DNA of 59,805 nucleotides, counting the filler. It is 4 parts of 4 records of this genome, joined end to end, with 100 filler letters (N's around TTAATTAATTAA, not from the genome) between each part and the next. Parts side by side here need not be neighbours in the genome. Positions count along the whole stretch, not along the records: positions 15,261 to 45,817 come from SRR31156797_5200; positions 45,918 to 52,179 come from SRR31156797_5208; 2 more parts are not named here. One strand, given 5' to 3'. Made by a program: the position numbers and the translations under genes. A model generated the notes under the pieces. The model saw only the letters and a program-made list of their open reading frames with translations. It ran no database searches and was not told the DNA's origin. The stretch's first letter is position 1; each line of letters starts with the position of its first letter. Positions 40,318 through 50,530 of this stretch are shown piece after piece.

Positions 40318-41568
40318 TTATTTTAAAAGAAGTTTTTCTGAATCGCCATAAAGTTCGTAAGAGTTTGTTATTACCTTTTCTCCTGGCTCTAAACCTTCTA
40401 ATATTTCGTAATATTTTGGATTTTGATTTCCGAGTTTTATTGGTCTTTTAACCGCAAATTCACCCGATGGATCTACAACAAAAATCCATTGTCCACCTGT
40501 ACTTTGAAAAAAGCCACCTCTTGACACTAGCAATGCTTCTCTTGGCTCTCCCAATTCAATTTTAGTTCTAAAAGTCTGACCCGTTCTAATTCCTTCAGGC
40601 AATTCTCCATTAAATTTCAAATCAATTTCGAATTGTCCGCTGCGCACCTCTGGGTAAACTTTAGATACCATTAATTTATAATCTTTTCCGTTGAAACGAA
40701 AACTTGCATTTAATCCTTTATTCAATCTGGCAATATACAACTCATCAACCAAGGCATTTATCTTGTAATTATCCAAAACATTCACCTGTCCCAATCGCTG
40801 ACCTTTCGATTTAGACTCACCCAATTCAGCATTAAGTGATCCCAACTGTCCACTTACCGGAGCTTTAACATTAAGGTTTTGAAGTTTCTCACGAACTAGA
40901 TCCAAATTATCTTCCATTTTTCTCAAGTTCCCCTCCAACCTTTCAATTTGAATTGTACGAGATAAAGAATCCGTTTTCTGTCTCTCCAAAAGTAAATCTC
41001 TCAATTTTTTATAGTAAAAGTAATCATCTTGCGAGGCTTCGTATTCTTCTTTTGAAATTAAATCTTTTTTGAAGAATACCTTATTCCTATTAAATAGCCT
41101 TTTATTTTTTGCAAGGTTTAAATCAATCTCCAACAAACTACGCTTAATATTTAAACGATCTTGTTCCATACTTAATCGGGTATCTCTCAAACGATTCACT
41201 TGTTCGGTAAATCCAGCTTCCGAATTTAAAATTTGAAGGTTTAGCTCCGAATTACTCAACCTTAAAATCACATCACCTTTTTGAACCATACTACCTTCTT
41301 CAAGTAATATCTCTTCAACTCGTCCGCCCTCAATTGCATCCAAATAAACTGTAGTTATTGGATTAACCGTACCCGTTCGTGAAATATACTCCTGAAAAAA
41401 ATCTGTTTTAACATCGGCGATGGAGATTTTTTCTTTATCCACACGCAGGCTCAAACCTGATGTTCCTAAAAAAGCGGTGTAAAGAATGATTATAGCAATT
41501 ACGCCACCAGCCATGTACCAATTTTTCCGCTGTAGGTACCACGGCTTTTTTTCAATAATTCTATCCAT
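40318..41568 (-). CDS. Efflux periplasmic adaptor (MFP/MacA-like)
   Basis: N-terminal TM, EGGRVEEILLEEGSMVQKGDVI lipoyl half, coiled coil, VKAPVSGQ, GLEPGEKVIT. Confidence 0.92.
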   Translation of the reverse strand: MDRIIEKKPWYLQRKNWYMAGGVIAIIILYTAFLGTSGLSLRVDKEKISIADVKTDFFQEYISRTGTVNPITTVYLDAIEGGRVEEILLEEGSMVQKGDVILRLSNSELNLQILNSEAGFTEQVNRLRDTRLSMEQDRLNIKRSLLEIDLNLAKNKRLFNRNKVFFKKDLISKEEYEASQDDYFYYKKLRDLLLERQKTDSLSRTIQIERLEGNLRKMEDNLDLVREKLQNLNVKAPVSGQLGSLNAELGESKSKGQRLGQVNVLDNYKINALVDELYIARLNKGLNASFRFNGKDYKLMVSKVYPEVRSGQFEIDLKFNGELPEGIRTGQTFRTKIELGEPREALLVSRGGFFQSTGGQWIFVVDPSGEFAVKRPIKLGNQNPKYYEILEGLEPGEKVITNSYELYGDSEKLLLK

Positions 41569-41717
41569 ATTTTTTTGACTTGTTATATACCTTTTTCAAA
41601 CACACCTCAATCATTACCACTTTCATGCCAAAAAGAATTTAACTCTGTATAACAACCAATTAAGTAATTTAAGCCATTTGAAATGTTAAAAAGTGTGAAC
41701 GAAAACAAGACATCAAT

Positions 41718-41733
41718 TGTACGAAATCGTACA
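41718..41733. promoter_or_regulatory. Palindromic putative enhancer site for the adjacent sigma-54 activator
   Basis: TGTACGA-AA-TCGTACA, about 90 bp upstream of a -24-like TGGCATG on the minus strand (41623-41629); the -12 element is weak. Confidence 0.5.
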
Positions 41734-41817
41734 TCGATTTTTTATTTTCGAATTAATAATTATAACTTGAGTCCAGATTTAAATTTAAAATCCTGAACCC
41801 ACAAATTTTCACATATT

Positions 41818-43197
41818 ATGACGAGTCAAAAAAACGGAAAAATATTAGCTATTGATGACAATGAGGATATATTATTCTCATTAAAATTACTCCTCAAACA
41901 ACACGTTGAATTAATCCATACAGAATCTGATCCCGAATTGATTCCTAAATTAATGAAACAGGAAGAGTATGATGTGATATTACTTGACATGAATTTCACC
42001 AAGGATGCAATTAGTGGTCAGGAAGGATATCATTGGCTAAATAAAATTCTCGAAATTGATGCAAGAGCAGTTGTTTTATTTATTACTGCTTATGGAGATA
42101 TTGAAAAATCAGTAAAAGCTATTAAAGCCGGAGCTACTGATTTTATTTTGAAACCATGGCAAAATGAAAAATTATTGGCTACAATTTCTTCAGCCATTAA
42201 ACTACGAAGATCGAAAGAAGAAGTAAGCGAACTTAAAACCAAACAAAAAGAATTAAATGCAGTTCTCGACCAACCATTTAATGATTTTATTGGTACCTCG
42301 CCAGAAATGCAACAAGTCTTTTCAACGATCACTAAGGTTGCTAAAACTGATGCCAATGTTTTAATTTTGGGCGAAAACGGAACAGGAAAAGAACTGGTAG
42401 CTCGCGCATTACACCGTAATTCGAGCAGAAGAGATGAAGTTTTTATAAGTGTAGACCTTGGGGCGATAAACGAAAACCTTTTTGAAAGTGAACTTTTTGG
42501 ACATGTAAAAGGTGCATTTACCGATGCCAGAACAGATAGACCTGGAAGATTTGAAATTGCCTCGGGAGGTACTCTATTTCTAGATGAGATTGGAAACTTA
42601 AGCTTGCCAATGCAGGCAAAACTATTAACCGTACTTGAAAGAAGAGAAGTTATTCGTGTTGGATCAAATAAACCTATTCCTATTGATATCAGATTAATTT
42701 GTGCTACTAATATGCCACTAAAACAGATGGCTGCCGAAGAAAAATATCGTCAGGATTTAGTTTATAGAATCAATACCGTAGAAATTGGCTTACCTGCACT
42801 TCGAGAGAGATACGAAGATATTCCTTTGCTAGCGAATCACTTTTTGGATATCTATTCGAAAAAATACAAAAAAAGAATCAACACCCTTACCAAAGCTTGT
42901 TTAAATAAATTATATGACTACGAATGGCCTGGTAATGTGAGAGAGCTGCAACACCAAATGGAACGAGCAGTAATTATGGCTGATGATAAGAACCTTGAAC
43001 CTGGCGATTTTCAAATTAGTACAGAAAGAGGACAACAAGATGATGTTGAGTTCGATTCATATAATCTTGAAGAGGTAGAGAAAAACATCATTCAAAAAGT
43101 TCTTAAAACCAATAAAGGAAACATATCAAAAGCGGCAGGTGAACTTGGACTGACGCGCACATCACTATACCGAAGACTCGAAAAATATGGTTTATAA
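41818..43197 (+). CDS. Sigma-54-dependent response regulator (REC-AAA+-HTH)
   Basis: LLDMNF receiver, GENGTGKE, ESELFGHVKGAFTDA, LFLDEIG, WPGNVREL, Fis-type HTH. Confidence 0.95.
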   Translation: MTSQKNGKILAIDDNEDILFSLKLLLKQHVELIHTESDPELIPKLMKQEEYDVILLDMNFTKDAISGQEGYHWLNKILEIDARAVVLFITAYGDIEKSVKAIKAGATDFILKPWQNEKLLATISSAIKLRRSKEEVSELKTKQKELNAVLDQPFNDFIGTSPEMQQVFSTITKVAKTDANVLILGENGTGKELVARALHRNSSRRDEVFISVDLGAINENLFESELFGHVKGAFTDARTDRPGRFEIASGGTLFLDEIGNLSLPMQAKLLTVLERREVIRVGSNKPIPIDIRLICATNMPLKQMAAEEKYRQDLVYRINTVEIGLPALRERYEDIPLLANHFLDIYSKKYKKRINTLTKACLNKLYDYEWPGNVRELQHQMERAVIMADDKNLEPGDFQISTERGQQDDVEFDSYNLEEVEKNIIQKVLKTNKGNISKAAGELGLTRTSLYRRLEKYGL

Positions 43198-44545
43198 AAG
43201 CTTTAGAATTAATTTTATTATTAGAATTATTGTTCTTTCTGCAACAATCTTTCTTCTGTTCTATCTTGTCGCAAAGAAAAGTTTATACTTTACGGCAAGT
43301 TTAACTATGATTGCCATAATATATCAGGTGTATGAAATTATCAGATATGTAGAAAAAACCAACCGATTGCTCAAAAACTTTCTAGAATCTATTCGATATT
43401 CCGATTTTACTCGAAATTTTCAGGTTCAAGGATTAGGAAGTTCTTTTGATAAATTACAGGAATCTTTCAATGCAGTTATTACGGATTTTCAAAAAATTCG
43501 TGCAGAAAAAGAGGAACATTACTTTTATCTGCAAACCGTAATTCAACACATTGGTATTAGTTTGATCGCATTTCATCGCGATGGTAAGGTTGAGATGATT
43601 AATAATGCTTCAAAAAAGTTATTTCAAATTAGTAATCTAAAAAAAATTCAGGATCTTAAATCATTTAATCCTGAACTTGTTGATGCTTTGCTAAAATTAA
43701 AACATGGTGAAAACACTCTTGTTAAAGTTGTCGATAACGAAGACATTTTAAAACTGGCTGTTTACGCTACCGAATTTAAAATCAACAATCGTCAGGTAAT
43801 TCTTGTATCAATTAAGAATATACAATACGAACTTGAAGAACAGGAAATAGAGTCATGGCAAAAACTAATTCGTGTATTAACTCATGAGATCATGAATTCA
43901 ATTACACCTATTTCATCATTGTCTACAACCCTTACAACAATACTTGATGACTTTGGTGAGAACAATACTAATAAATTCCAGGATGACGATCTGGAAACTC
44001 TTAACGAGGTTAAAATGGCTTTAGAAACCATTCACAAGAGAAGTTCCGGTTTACTTCATTTTGTTGATACCTATAGAAATCTCACCAAGATCCCTAAACC
44101 AAGTTTTGGTATTTTTCAGGTTCAAAAATTATTTGACAACATCCACCGATTAATGGAGGAAGAAATCAGAAGAAATAACATTGAGTGCAATATTAGTATC
44201 AATCCTGAATCAATTGAGTTATCTGCCGACGAACAATTAATAGAGCAAGTTTTAATCAATTTATTAAAAAATTCTATTCATGCTCTTGAGAATACTTCGA
44301 ATCCAAAAATTGAAATGAAAGCCTTTATGAATAAACGAGGAAGAATCTCAATTCAGGTAAGTGATAATGGGCAAGGTATTATTAAGGAAGTTTTAGACAA
44401 AGTTTTTATTCCATTCTTTACAACCAAACCAAAAGGATCGGGAATTGGTCTTAGCCTTTCAAAACAAATATTGCGACTGCATGGAGGTACTATAACAGCT
44501 CAATCTGAACCGAACGAAAGAACTAGTTTTACCTTAACTTTTTAG
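43187..44545 (+). CDS. Sensor histidine kinase (2 TM, PAS-like, HisKA, HATPase)
   Basis: LTHEIMNSITP, INLLKNS, DNGQG, FIPFFTTK, GSGIGLSL. Confidence 0.95.
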   Translation: MVYKSFRINFIIRIIVLSATIFLLFYLVAKKSLYFTASLTMIAIIYQVYEIIRYVEKTNRLLKNFLESIRYSDFTRNFQVQGLGSSFDKLQESFNAVITDFQKIRAEKEEHYFYLQTVIQHIGISLIAFHRDGKVEMINNASKKLFQISNLKKIQDLKSFNPELVDALLKLKHGENTLVKVVDNEDILKLAVYATEFKINNRQVILVSIKNIQYELEEQEIESWQKLIRVLTHEIMNSITPISSLSTTLTTILDDFGENNTNKFQDDDLETLNEVKMALETIHKRSSGLLHFVDTYRNLTKIPKPSFGIFQVQKLFDNIHRLMEEEIRRNNIECNISINPESIELSADEQLIEQVLINLLKNSIHALENTSNPKIEMKAFMNKRGRISIQVSDNGQGIIKEVLDKVFIPFFTTKPKGSGIGLSLSKQILRLHGGTITAQSEPNERTSFTLTF

Positions 44546-44649
44546 TCAATGCTGTAAGAATTAACATTCTAATAATTTTAATTTAAGAAATTCTTTCATT
44601 AAATTTAAAGGGCAAATAAATTTCTAACCCTTAATAAACTTTACAGCAT

Positions 44650-44898
44650 ATGACTAAGACAATCACATTTAATGAGCTAAGACAGATTAAGGATCGTTTG
44701 CCAGACGGCAGTATGCAAAGGATTGCAGAAGATTTACAGTTAAACGTTGAAACAGTTAGAAATTATTTTGGTGGAAGAAATTTTGAAAAAGGTAAAAGTA
44801 CGGGAATACATGTTGAACAAGGTCCTAATGGTGGAATTGTTGAACTAGACGATACTACAATTTTAGATTGTGCATTTCGTATTCTGGAGAATGCCTAA
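44650..44898 (+). CDS. Small Bacteroidota HTH DNA-binding protein
   Basis: ITFNELRQIKD.LP.GSMQRIAEDLQLNVETVRNYFGG, HTH-like pattern. Confidence 0.75.
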   Translation: MTKTITFNELRQIKDRLPDGSMQRIAEDLQLNVETVRNYFGGRNFEKGKSTGIHVEQGPNGGIVELDDTTILDCAFRILENA

Positions 44899-44923
44899 AA
44901 AGGATTTCAACATCAGATAATAT

Positions 44924-44960
44924 AAAAAAGGGCTATGAATTAACTTCAAAGCCCTTTTTT
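44924..44960. terminator. Bidirectional intrinsic terminator
   Basis: AAAAAAGGGCT...AGCCCTTTTTT between convergent genes. Confidence 0.85.
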
Positions 44961-44979
44961 AGTACCCTATATCTTCCTA

Positions 44980-45636
44980 TTAGGATTCTTTTCGTTCGTT
45001 GTGTAGCTTGTTAAAAATAATAGCCAAATTAGAATACAATGTCGTATTCTGTACTATTATATCTTCAGGAACTTTTATTCGCGCCGGAGTGAAATTCCAA
45101 ATTGCTTTTATTCCCCATGCAACCATTAAATCAGCTACTGTTTGAGCATTCTCAGCAGGAACTGTTATAATTCCCATAATCACATTTAATTCCTGAGCTA
45201 AATCTCTAAACTGATCAATGTGAAAAACCTCAACATCGTTTATTTTACGACCTATTGTTGATGGATTAACATCAAAAGCAGCAACAATGTTTAAACCAAA
45301 ATGAGTTAATCCACTATCATGAAGTAATGCGGAACCCAACGAACCTGCTCCCACAAGAAAAGCATTATCCATTACCGAAAACCCTAAGAAATCGGATAAA
45401 ACATCTACAATTGCTTTAACCTCGTAACCAACTCTGGTTTTACCCACAATTGTAGTATACGATAAATCTTTGGTTACCTGAGTAGGATCAATATTCATGT
45501 AATTCGCAATCTGTGTTGACGAAACAAATTGTTGACCTTTTCTCGATAAACCTTCTGCAAATGCTAAATAGGATGGCATGCGCCTAATTGTAGGCTCCGG
45601 AACCCCCTGCATATTTTTTTTAGAAATTTGAACCAT
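44980..45636 (-). CDS. rex: Redox-sensing transcriptional repressor Rex
   Basis: PEPTIRRMPSY, QVTKDLS, GKTRVGY, VGAGSLG Rossmann motif, IWNFTP; TACTTTTG promoter element on the minus strand at 45665-45672. Confidence 0.95.
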   Translation of the reverse strand: MVQISKKNMQGVPEPTIRRMPSYLAFAEGLSRKGQQFVSSTQIANYMNIDPTQVTKDLSYTTIVGKTRVGYEVKAIVDVLSDFLGFSVMDNAFLVGAGSLGSALLHDSGLTHFGLNIVAAFDVNPSTIGRKINDVEVFHIDQFRDLAQELNVIMGIITVPAENAQTVADLMVAWGIKAIWNFTPARIKVPEDIIVQNTTLYSNLAIIFNKLHNERKES

Positions 45637-45787
45637 AATATTTTGCTTACACCTAAAATCAAAACAAAAGTAAAGAAGTTTTTAATAAAGAAAAATTTCT
45701 TTAATACTTTTTTTTAACTAGTAATTCTATTTTGAATATATGGCGCTGGGGATATAAGGCTAAAATAACATTTAACCTTCTGAAATA

Positions 45788-45817
45788 GTGGGCGATATAG
45801 GATTCGAACCTATGACC
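45788..45817 (-). tRNA. 3' fragment of a tRNA (T-arm and acceptor strand; possibly Val; anticodon not in the contig)
   Basis: Minus strand GGTC-ATAGG-TTCGAAT-CCTAT-ATCGCCCAC, cut by the contig edge. Confidence 0.8.
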
Positions 45818-45917
45818 NNNNNNNNNNNNNNNNNNNNNNNNNNNNNNNNNNNNNNNNNNNNTTAATTAATTAANNNNNNNNNNNNNNNNNNNNNNNNNNN
45901 NNNNNNNNNNNNNNNNN
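45818..45917. other. Artificial contig spacer
   Basis: 44 N + TTAATTAATTAA + 44 N. Confidence 0.98.
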
Positions 45918-45918
45918 A

Positions 45919-47022
45919 AGTTACCTGAAATTAAATCCGGGAGAAGCCAAAGAAATAAAACATTTTAAAAACCAGTTTGATCATTACCTTTCTTATTCAA
46001 CAGAAGAATTATCACAGGCGAAAAAACATGCCCTTGCGCAACGAATTATCAAAAAACTGGAGCAAGTTGATGATAAAAAAGGCAAAAGCATAGCCTTAAA
46101 ACAATTGTTAAGGTATGCCGCTGTTGGATTATTATTTTTTGTAATTGGTGGTGGTTTAATTTACTTGTATTTAGGAGACAGGCATCCAACTTTTTATGTT
46201 GAGAACCCTGTGGTATCTTCAAATATCCATGAACCGGTATTAATTATTGATAACCAACAAGAAATTCAACTGAACGGTAACAAACCAGAGTTGGATTATT
46301 CAGGAGACAAGGATATTATTTTAAACAACACAGAAAAAATTGAAAAAAGAGGTGGAACAAATATTCCGGAAATCAATACTCTGGTAGTTCCCTACGGTAG
46401 CAGGTCAACTATAACCCTGGCTGATGGATCAAAAGTGTGGTTAAATGCAGGAAGTAGACTTATTTACCCTTCAAATTTTATCGACGACCGCAGAGAGGTA
46501 TTTCTTATAGGTGAAGCCTTTTTTGATGTAAATCGAAATGAAGAAAAACCATTCATTATAAATACTTCAGAAATTGAGATTGAAGTTTTGGGAACACGGT
46601 TTAATGTTTCTGCATATCCCGAAGATGGCTCAGTACAAACAGCATTGGAAGAAGGAAGTGTAGAAATAAACTATATCAACGCCACTATATTCGACAGAGG
46701 CGTGTTGTTAAAACCAGGTCAATTGGCATCGTTTAGTAAACAAAAGAAAGAAACAAATGTAACAAACGTTGACATACGGGATTATACACTATGGACCGAT
46801 GGCTTGTTTAGTTTCTCTGGCTCAGATTTAGGTCGGATTGTTAAAAAACTGGAGCGTTATTATAACATTCAGATCAGATATCGCGATCCAATGAATGCGA
46901 CTATTCGGATTTCGGGGAAACTTGATATCACTAAAAGTTCAGATGAAGTTCTCGGCTATCTTTCTCAAATTACAGATCTTGAATTTTCAAAATTAAATAA
47001 CTGGCAGTATGAAATAAGGTAA
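45919..47022 (+). CDS. FecR family anti-sigma factor, 5'-truncated
   Basis: Frame is open from the contig edge (SYLKLNPGEAK...); TM YAAVGLLFFVIGGG; LADGSKVWLNAGS, GEAFFDV, VLGTRFNV, LERYYN. Confidence 0.92.
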   Translation, partial: SYLKLNPGEAKEIKHFKNQFDHYLSYSTEELSQAKKHALAQRIIKKLEQVDDKKGKSIALKQLLRYAAVGLLFFVIGGGLIYLYLGDRHPTFYVENPVVSSNIHEPVLIIDNQQEIQLNGNKPELDYSGDKDIILNNTEKIEKRGGTNIPEINTLVVPYGSRSTITLADGSKVWLNAGSRLIYPSNFIDDRREVFLIGEAFFDVNRNEEKPFIINTSEIEIEVLGTRFNVSAYPEDGSVQTALEEGSVEINYINATIFDRGVLLKPGQLASFSKQKKETNVTNVDIRDYTLWTDGLFSFSGSDLGRIVKKLERYYNIQIRYRDPMNATIRISGKLDITKSSDEVLGYLSQITDLEFSKLNNWQYEIR

Positions 47023-47026
47023 AAGA

Positions 47027-47058
47027 AAACCGAAGAGTGGTGGCACACTCTCCGGTTT
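47027..47058 (+). promoter_or_regulatory. Stem-loop between fecR and susC
   Basis: AAACCG-a-AGAGTG-gtggca-CACTCT-c-CGGTTT. Confidence 0.6.
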
Positions 47059-47105
47059 GCAATTCATTAAAATTATTGTAGTAATAACATTAATCGAACA
47101 AATTT

Positions 47106-50100
47106 ATGAAAAAAAAATTGTTAACTGATTTCCGGTACCCGGAAGTCATTAAAAAAGCGTATCTAATTATGCGTCTAACACTTGTACTAATAGTTGGTTT
47201 CGTTTTAAGTGTGAGTGCAAATACTTACTCACAGACTACACGTCTTGATGTTCAACTAAAAAACTCAACCATAGGAGAAGTGATTGAGTACATTGAAGAC
47301 AACAGCAAGTTCGTGTTCTTGTACAAAAATGAAGACCTTGATGTTACTAAGCGAGTAGATATTGAGCAAATTAATGCTCCTATTGAGGATATCTTAAAGG
47401 AAATGTTTAAAGGAGAGAATGTAGATTACGAAGTATACGACAGACAAGTTGTAATTCGTAAGAAAGAGGAGTTAAAACAAAATGCACAGCAGGAGGGAAA
47501 GAATATAACCGGTGTTGTTACCGACGCAAATGGAGAGCCCATTCCTGGTGCTTCAGTAATTGTGGTTGGAACTACAGTTGGAACTGTTACCGATATTGAC
47601 GGGAATTTTAACCTTACGATTCCATCTGATGACGTAAATCTTCAGTTTTCATTTGTAGGATTGGAAACACAGGAGGTTCCGGCTGCAGGAAAAACTCACT
47701 TTGTAATTGTATTGCAAGAATCTTCCATTGGTTTGGAAGAAGTTATTGCCATTGGTTATGGTACTGTTAAAAAGAAGGATTTAACCGGTTCGGTTGGAAG
47801 TGTAACAACCGAATCAATTGTAGAAAGAGGAACAACCAACCCAATGCAGGCAATGCAAGGACAAATGGCCGGTGTGCAAATTTCTACTTCAACCGGTAGG
47901 ATTGGCGATGGATTTGATATTACAATTCGTGGTAAGAACTCAATGGATCCGGATGCTAAACCACTTTACATTGTTGATGGTGTACCTACGGATGGGATTG
48001 ATTTTTTAAATCCTCAGGATATTGAGCGAATTGACGCATTAAAAGATGCATCGTCAACAGCTATTTATGGTTCACGTGGTTCAAACGGGGTAATTATTGT
48101 TACCACAAAAAGTGGAGCAGGTGTAAAAAGGAAAATGAATGTTACCTATAACGGGTATTATGGTGTTAGAGAAGCCGCACGTTTGCCTAAAATGATGGAT
48201 GGTGAAAAGTGGTGGTACTATCACCAATCTGCTTATCTTGCAACTGCCAAAAAAGATCCGGATCTTGGATATGTAACACCTGAAACTTTGTATGATGCGG
48301 TTATAGGCAAAAACAACCCGCTTTTGTTGGAACGCGCAACTAATAATGAAACTTTTGATTGGTATGATGCAGTTCTGGAAACAGGTCAGCAACAGAATCA
48401 TTTTCTGTCTTTTTCAGGTATGAGTGAATCTGGTATTTCTTACAACTTTGGGATTGGTTACCAAAATGAAACTGGTAATATCCCCAATGAAGAGTTGGAT
48501 AAATATTCAATTAAAGCCAGTATTAATCACAAAATTAGTCCAAAATTTACTATGGGAACAACTTTCTCAGCTTCTTTAACCGAACAAGAAATGGGAAGTT
48601 CATTAGCTATGCGTGAGGCCTTTAGATTAAATCCATTTCTTACTCCTTACGGATTAGATGGTGAATTGTATCCGCAACCTGGTAAATTAAAAGATGAAGA
48701 TGGTAATTACCTGATCAATAAAACCAGTACATACAACCCATTGTTGGAGATGGAGAATTCAACTGATAACCAACGTAGGTTTAATGGTATTGGTAATGCA
48801 TTTCTGCAATATAAACCATTAGAGTGGCTTACGCTTAAAACAACCTTTAGTGTTGGATACGATCAGTTAAGAACAGGCCGTGCCTGGGGTAAACTTACCA
48901 ATACAGGTAATAGCAATAAAGTAGACGATGAACCGACTCCCTCAGGTGAAAAATCACACGCTGAGAATTTGAACTATACCTGGGATAACCAAGTAGATAT
49001 AAACAAAGTTTATGGCGAACATTCATTTGCTTTTACGGGTGTACAAAGTTTCTTTACAAGCAGAACAGAATCGTCTTATTTGTACTCAAAATATCATCCA
49101 TTCGATACTGGTTACCATAACCTTGGATCAGGACCTCAGGAAACGTTTAATATTCGTTCAAACTATATTAAACAAACACTTGCTTCTTATTCATTGCGTT
49201 TGAATTACTCTTATAAAGGAAAATACCTCATTACTGTATCAAACAGGTGGGATGGTTCTTCTTTACTGGCTGAAGGTAAAAAGTGGGATTCATTCCCGTC
49301 AGGAGCTTTGGCATGGAGACTTGGTGAAGAAGAATTTATGCAGGAAATTGGGGCTTTGTCGAACCTGAAACTGAGAGTTAGTTATGGTTTTACCGGAAAT
49401 AATGTTGTGTCGCCATATTCAACTGTAAACAAACTTGATTCGCAGACTTATTACGAATACTTCGGAACTAATGCTAATGGTTGGTTACCTTCAACTATTG
49501 CCAACTCGGCATTAACCTGGGAAAAAACAAGTGAAATTAACTTTGGTATCGATTACGGATTTTTTGGGAACCGTATTTACGGTAACATCGATTTATATAA
49601 CCGTTTGTCGGATGATCTGTTAATGGAGCAAAAGTTACCTAAAGAATCAGGTTGGGATGTAATGGAAGCCAATGTTGGTTCTGTTAGAAATAAAGGCGCA
49701 GAGTTTATGTTAACTACCATTAATGTTGATAAAGGTGACTGGAAATGGGAAACATCTTTAACATTTACTAAAAACGTTAACGAAATAGTATCGCTTTACG
49801 GACAAGATGAAGTTGATGATATTGGTAACGATTGGTTTATTGGAGAATCAATTGATGCTCAGTATAACTATAAATTTAATGGAATTTGGCAAGCTGATGA
49901 AACTGAAGAGGCTGCGTCTTATGGCCAGACAGAAGGACAGGCTAAGGTGGTTGATCAAAACAACGATGGTAAAATCATTGCCACCGATGATAAAATAATC
50001 TTAGGATCAGCTGATCCTGATTGGACAGGTAGTTTTACTTCCCGTTTAACCTATAAAAACTTCGATTTATCGCTTAACTTGTATACAGTGCAAGGAGCTT

Positions 50101-50510
50101 ATGTATATAGCGGATTCCACAGCAACTTTACAAATACCCGCGACAGGGGACGTCAAAAGTTAGATATTGCAGACTGGTATATTCCGGAAAACAATGCGGG
50201 AATTCCTGCACAGTTCTCGAATGAATATCCACAAGCCAGGAATATGGGAACTTATTGGAGAAATGATGGCGTTGGTTATTACCGTGATGCATCATTTGTA
50301 AAGATTCAAAACATAACCCTTGGCTATAGCTTCGACTCTTCTTTACTGGAGAAATTACACATGAAAAAATGTCGCATTTATGCTAATGTCCTGAATCCAT
50401 TTGTATTTACTGATTACGATGGGTATGATCCGGAATGGGCCGGTGCATCATACAACGACGGTGGTGTAAGCTCAATTGTTTATCAGTTTGGTGTAAATGT
50501 TAGTTTTTAA
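47106..50510 (+). CDS. susC: SusC/RagA TonB-dependent transporter with N-terminal signalling (STN) extension
   Basis: STN-like N-terminus, GTVTDIDGNF, IGYGTVKKKDLTGSV, LKDASSTAIYGSRGSNGVIIVTTK, LTWEKT, terminal GVNVSF. Confidence 0.96.
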   Translation: MKKKLLTDFRYPEVIKKAYLIMRLTLVLIVGFVLSVSANTYSQTTRLDVQLKNSTIGEVIEYIEDNSKFVFLYKNEDLDVTKRVDIEQINAPIEDILKEMFKGENVDYEVYDRQVVIRKKEELKQNAQQEGKNITGVVTDANGEPIPGASVIVVGTTVGTVTDIDGNFNLTIPSDDVNLQFSFVGLETQEVPAAGKTHFVIVLQESSIGLEEVIAIGYGTVKKKDLTGSVGSVTTESIVERGTTNPMQAMQGQMAGVQISTSTGRIGDGFDITIRGKNSMDPDAKPLYIVDGVPTDGIDFLNPQDIERIDALKDASSTAIYGSRGSNGVIIVTTKSGAGVKRKMNVTYNGYYGVREAARLPKMMDGEKWWYYHQSAYLATAKKDPDLGYVTPETLYDAVIGKNNPLLLERATNNETFDWYDAVLETGQQQNHFLSFSGMSESGISYNFGIGYQNETGNIPNEELDKYSIKASINHKISPKFTMGTTFSASLTEQEMGSSLAMREAFRLNPFLTPYGLDGELYPQPGKLKDEDGNYLINKTSTYNPLLEMENSTDNQRRFNGIGNAFLQYKPLEWLTLKTTFSVGYDQLRTGRAWGKLTNTGNSNKVDDEPTPSGEKSHAENLNYTWDNQVDINKVYGEHSFAFTGVQSFFTSRTESSYLYSKYHPFDTGYHNLGSGPQETFNIRSNYIKQTLASYSLRLNYSYKGKYLITVSNRWDGSSLLAEGKKWDSFPSGALAWRLGEEEFMQEIGALSNLKLRVSYGFTGNNVVSPYSTVNKLDSQTYYEYFGTNANGWLPSTIANSALTWEKTSEINFGIDYGFFGNRIYGNIDLYNRLSDDLLMEQKLPKESGWDVMEANVGSVRNKGAEFMLTTINVDKGDWKWETSLTFTKNVNEIVSLYGQDEVDDIGNDWFIGESIDAQYNYKFNGIWQADETEEAASYGQTEGQAKVVDQNNDGKIIATDDKIILGSADPDWTGSFTSRLTYKNFDLSLNLYTVQGAYVYSGFHSNFTNTRDRGRQKLDIADWYIPENNAGIPAQFSNEYPQARNMGTYWRNDGVGYYRDASFVKIQNITLGYSFDSSLLEKLHMKKCRIYANVLNPFVFTDYDGYDPEWAGASYNDGGVSSIVYQFGVNVSF

Positions 50511-50530
50511 TTAGCGGTAAGAATCAATAA

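Noticed and set aside
45919-47022. Linking the FecR anti-sigma to the ECF promoters at 32827 and 34351
   Set aside because: Different contigs separated by an artificial spacer; no evidence they share a genome.
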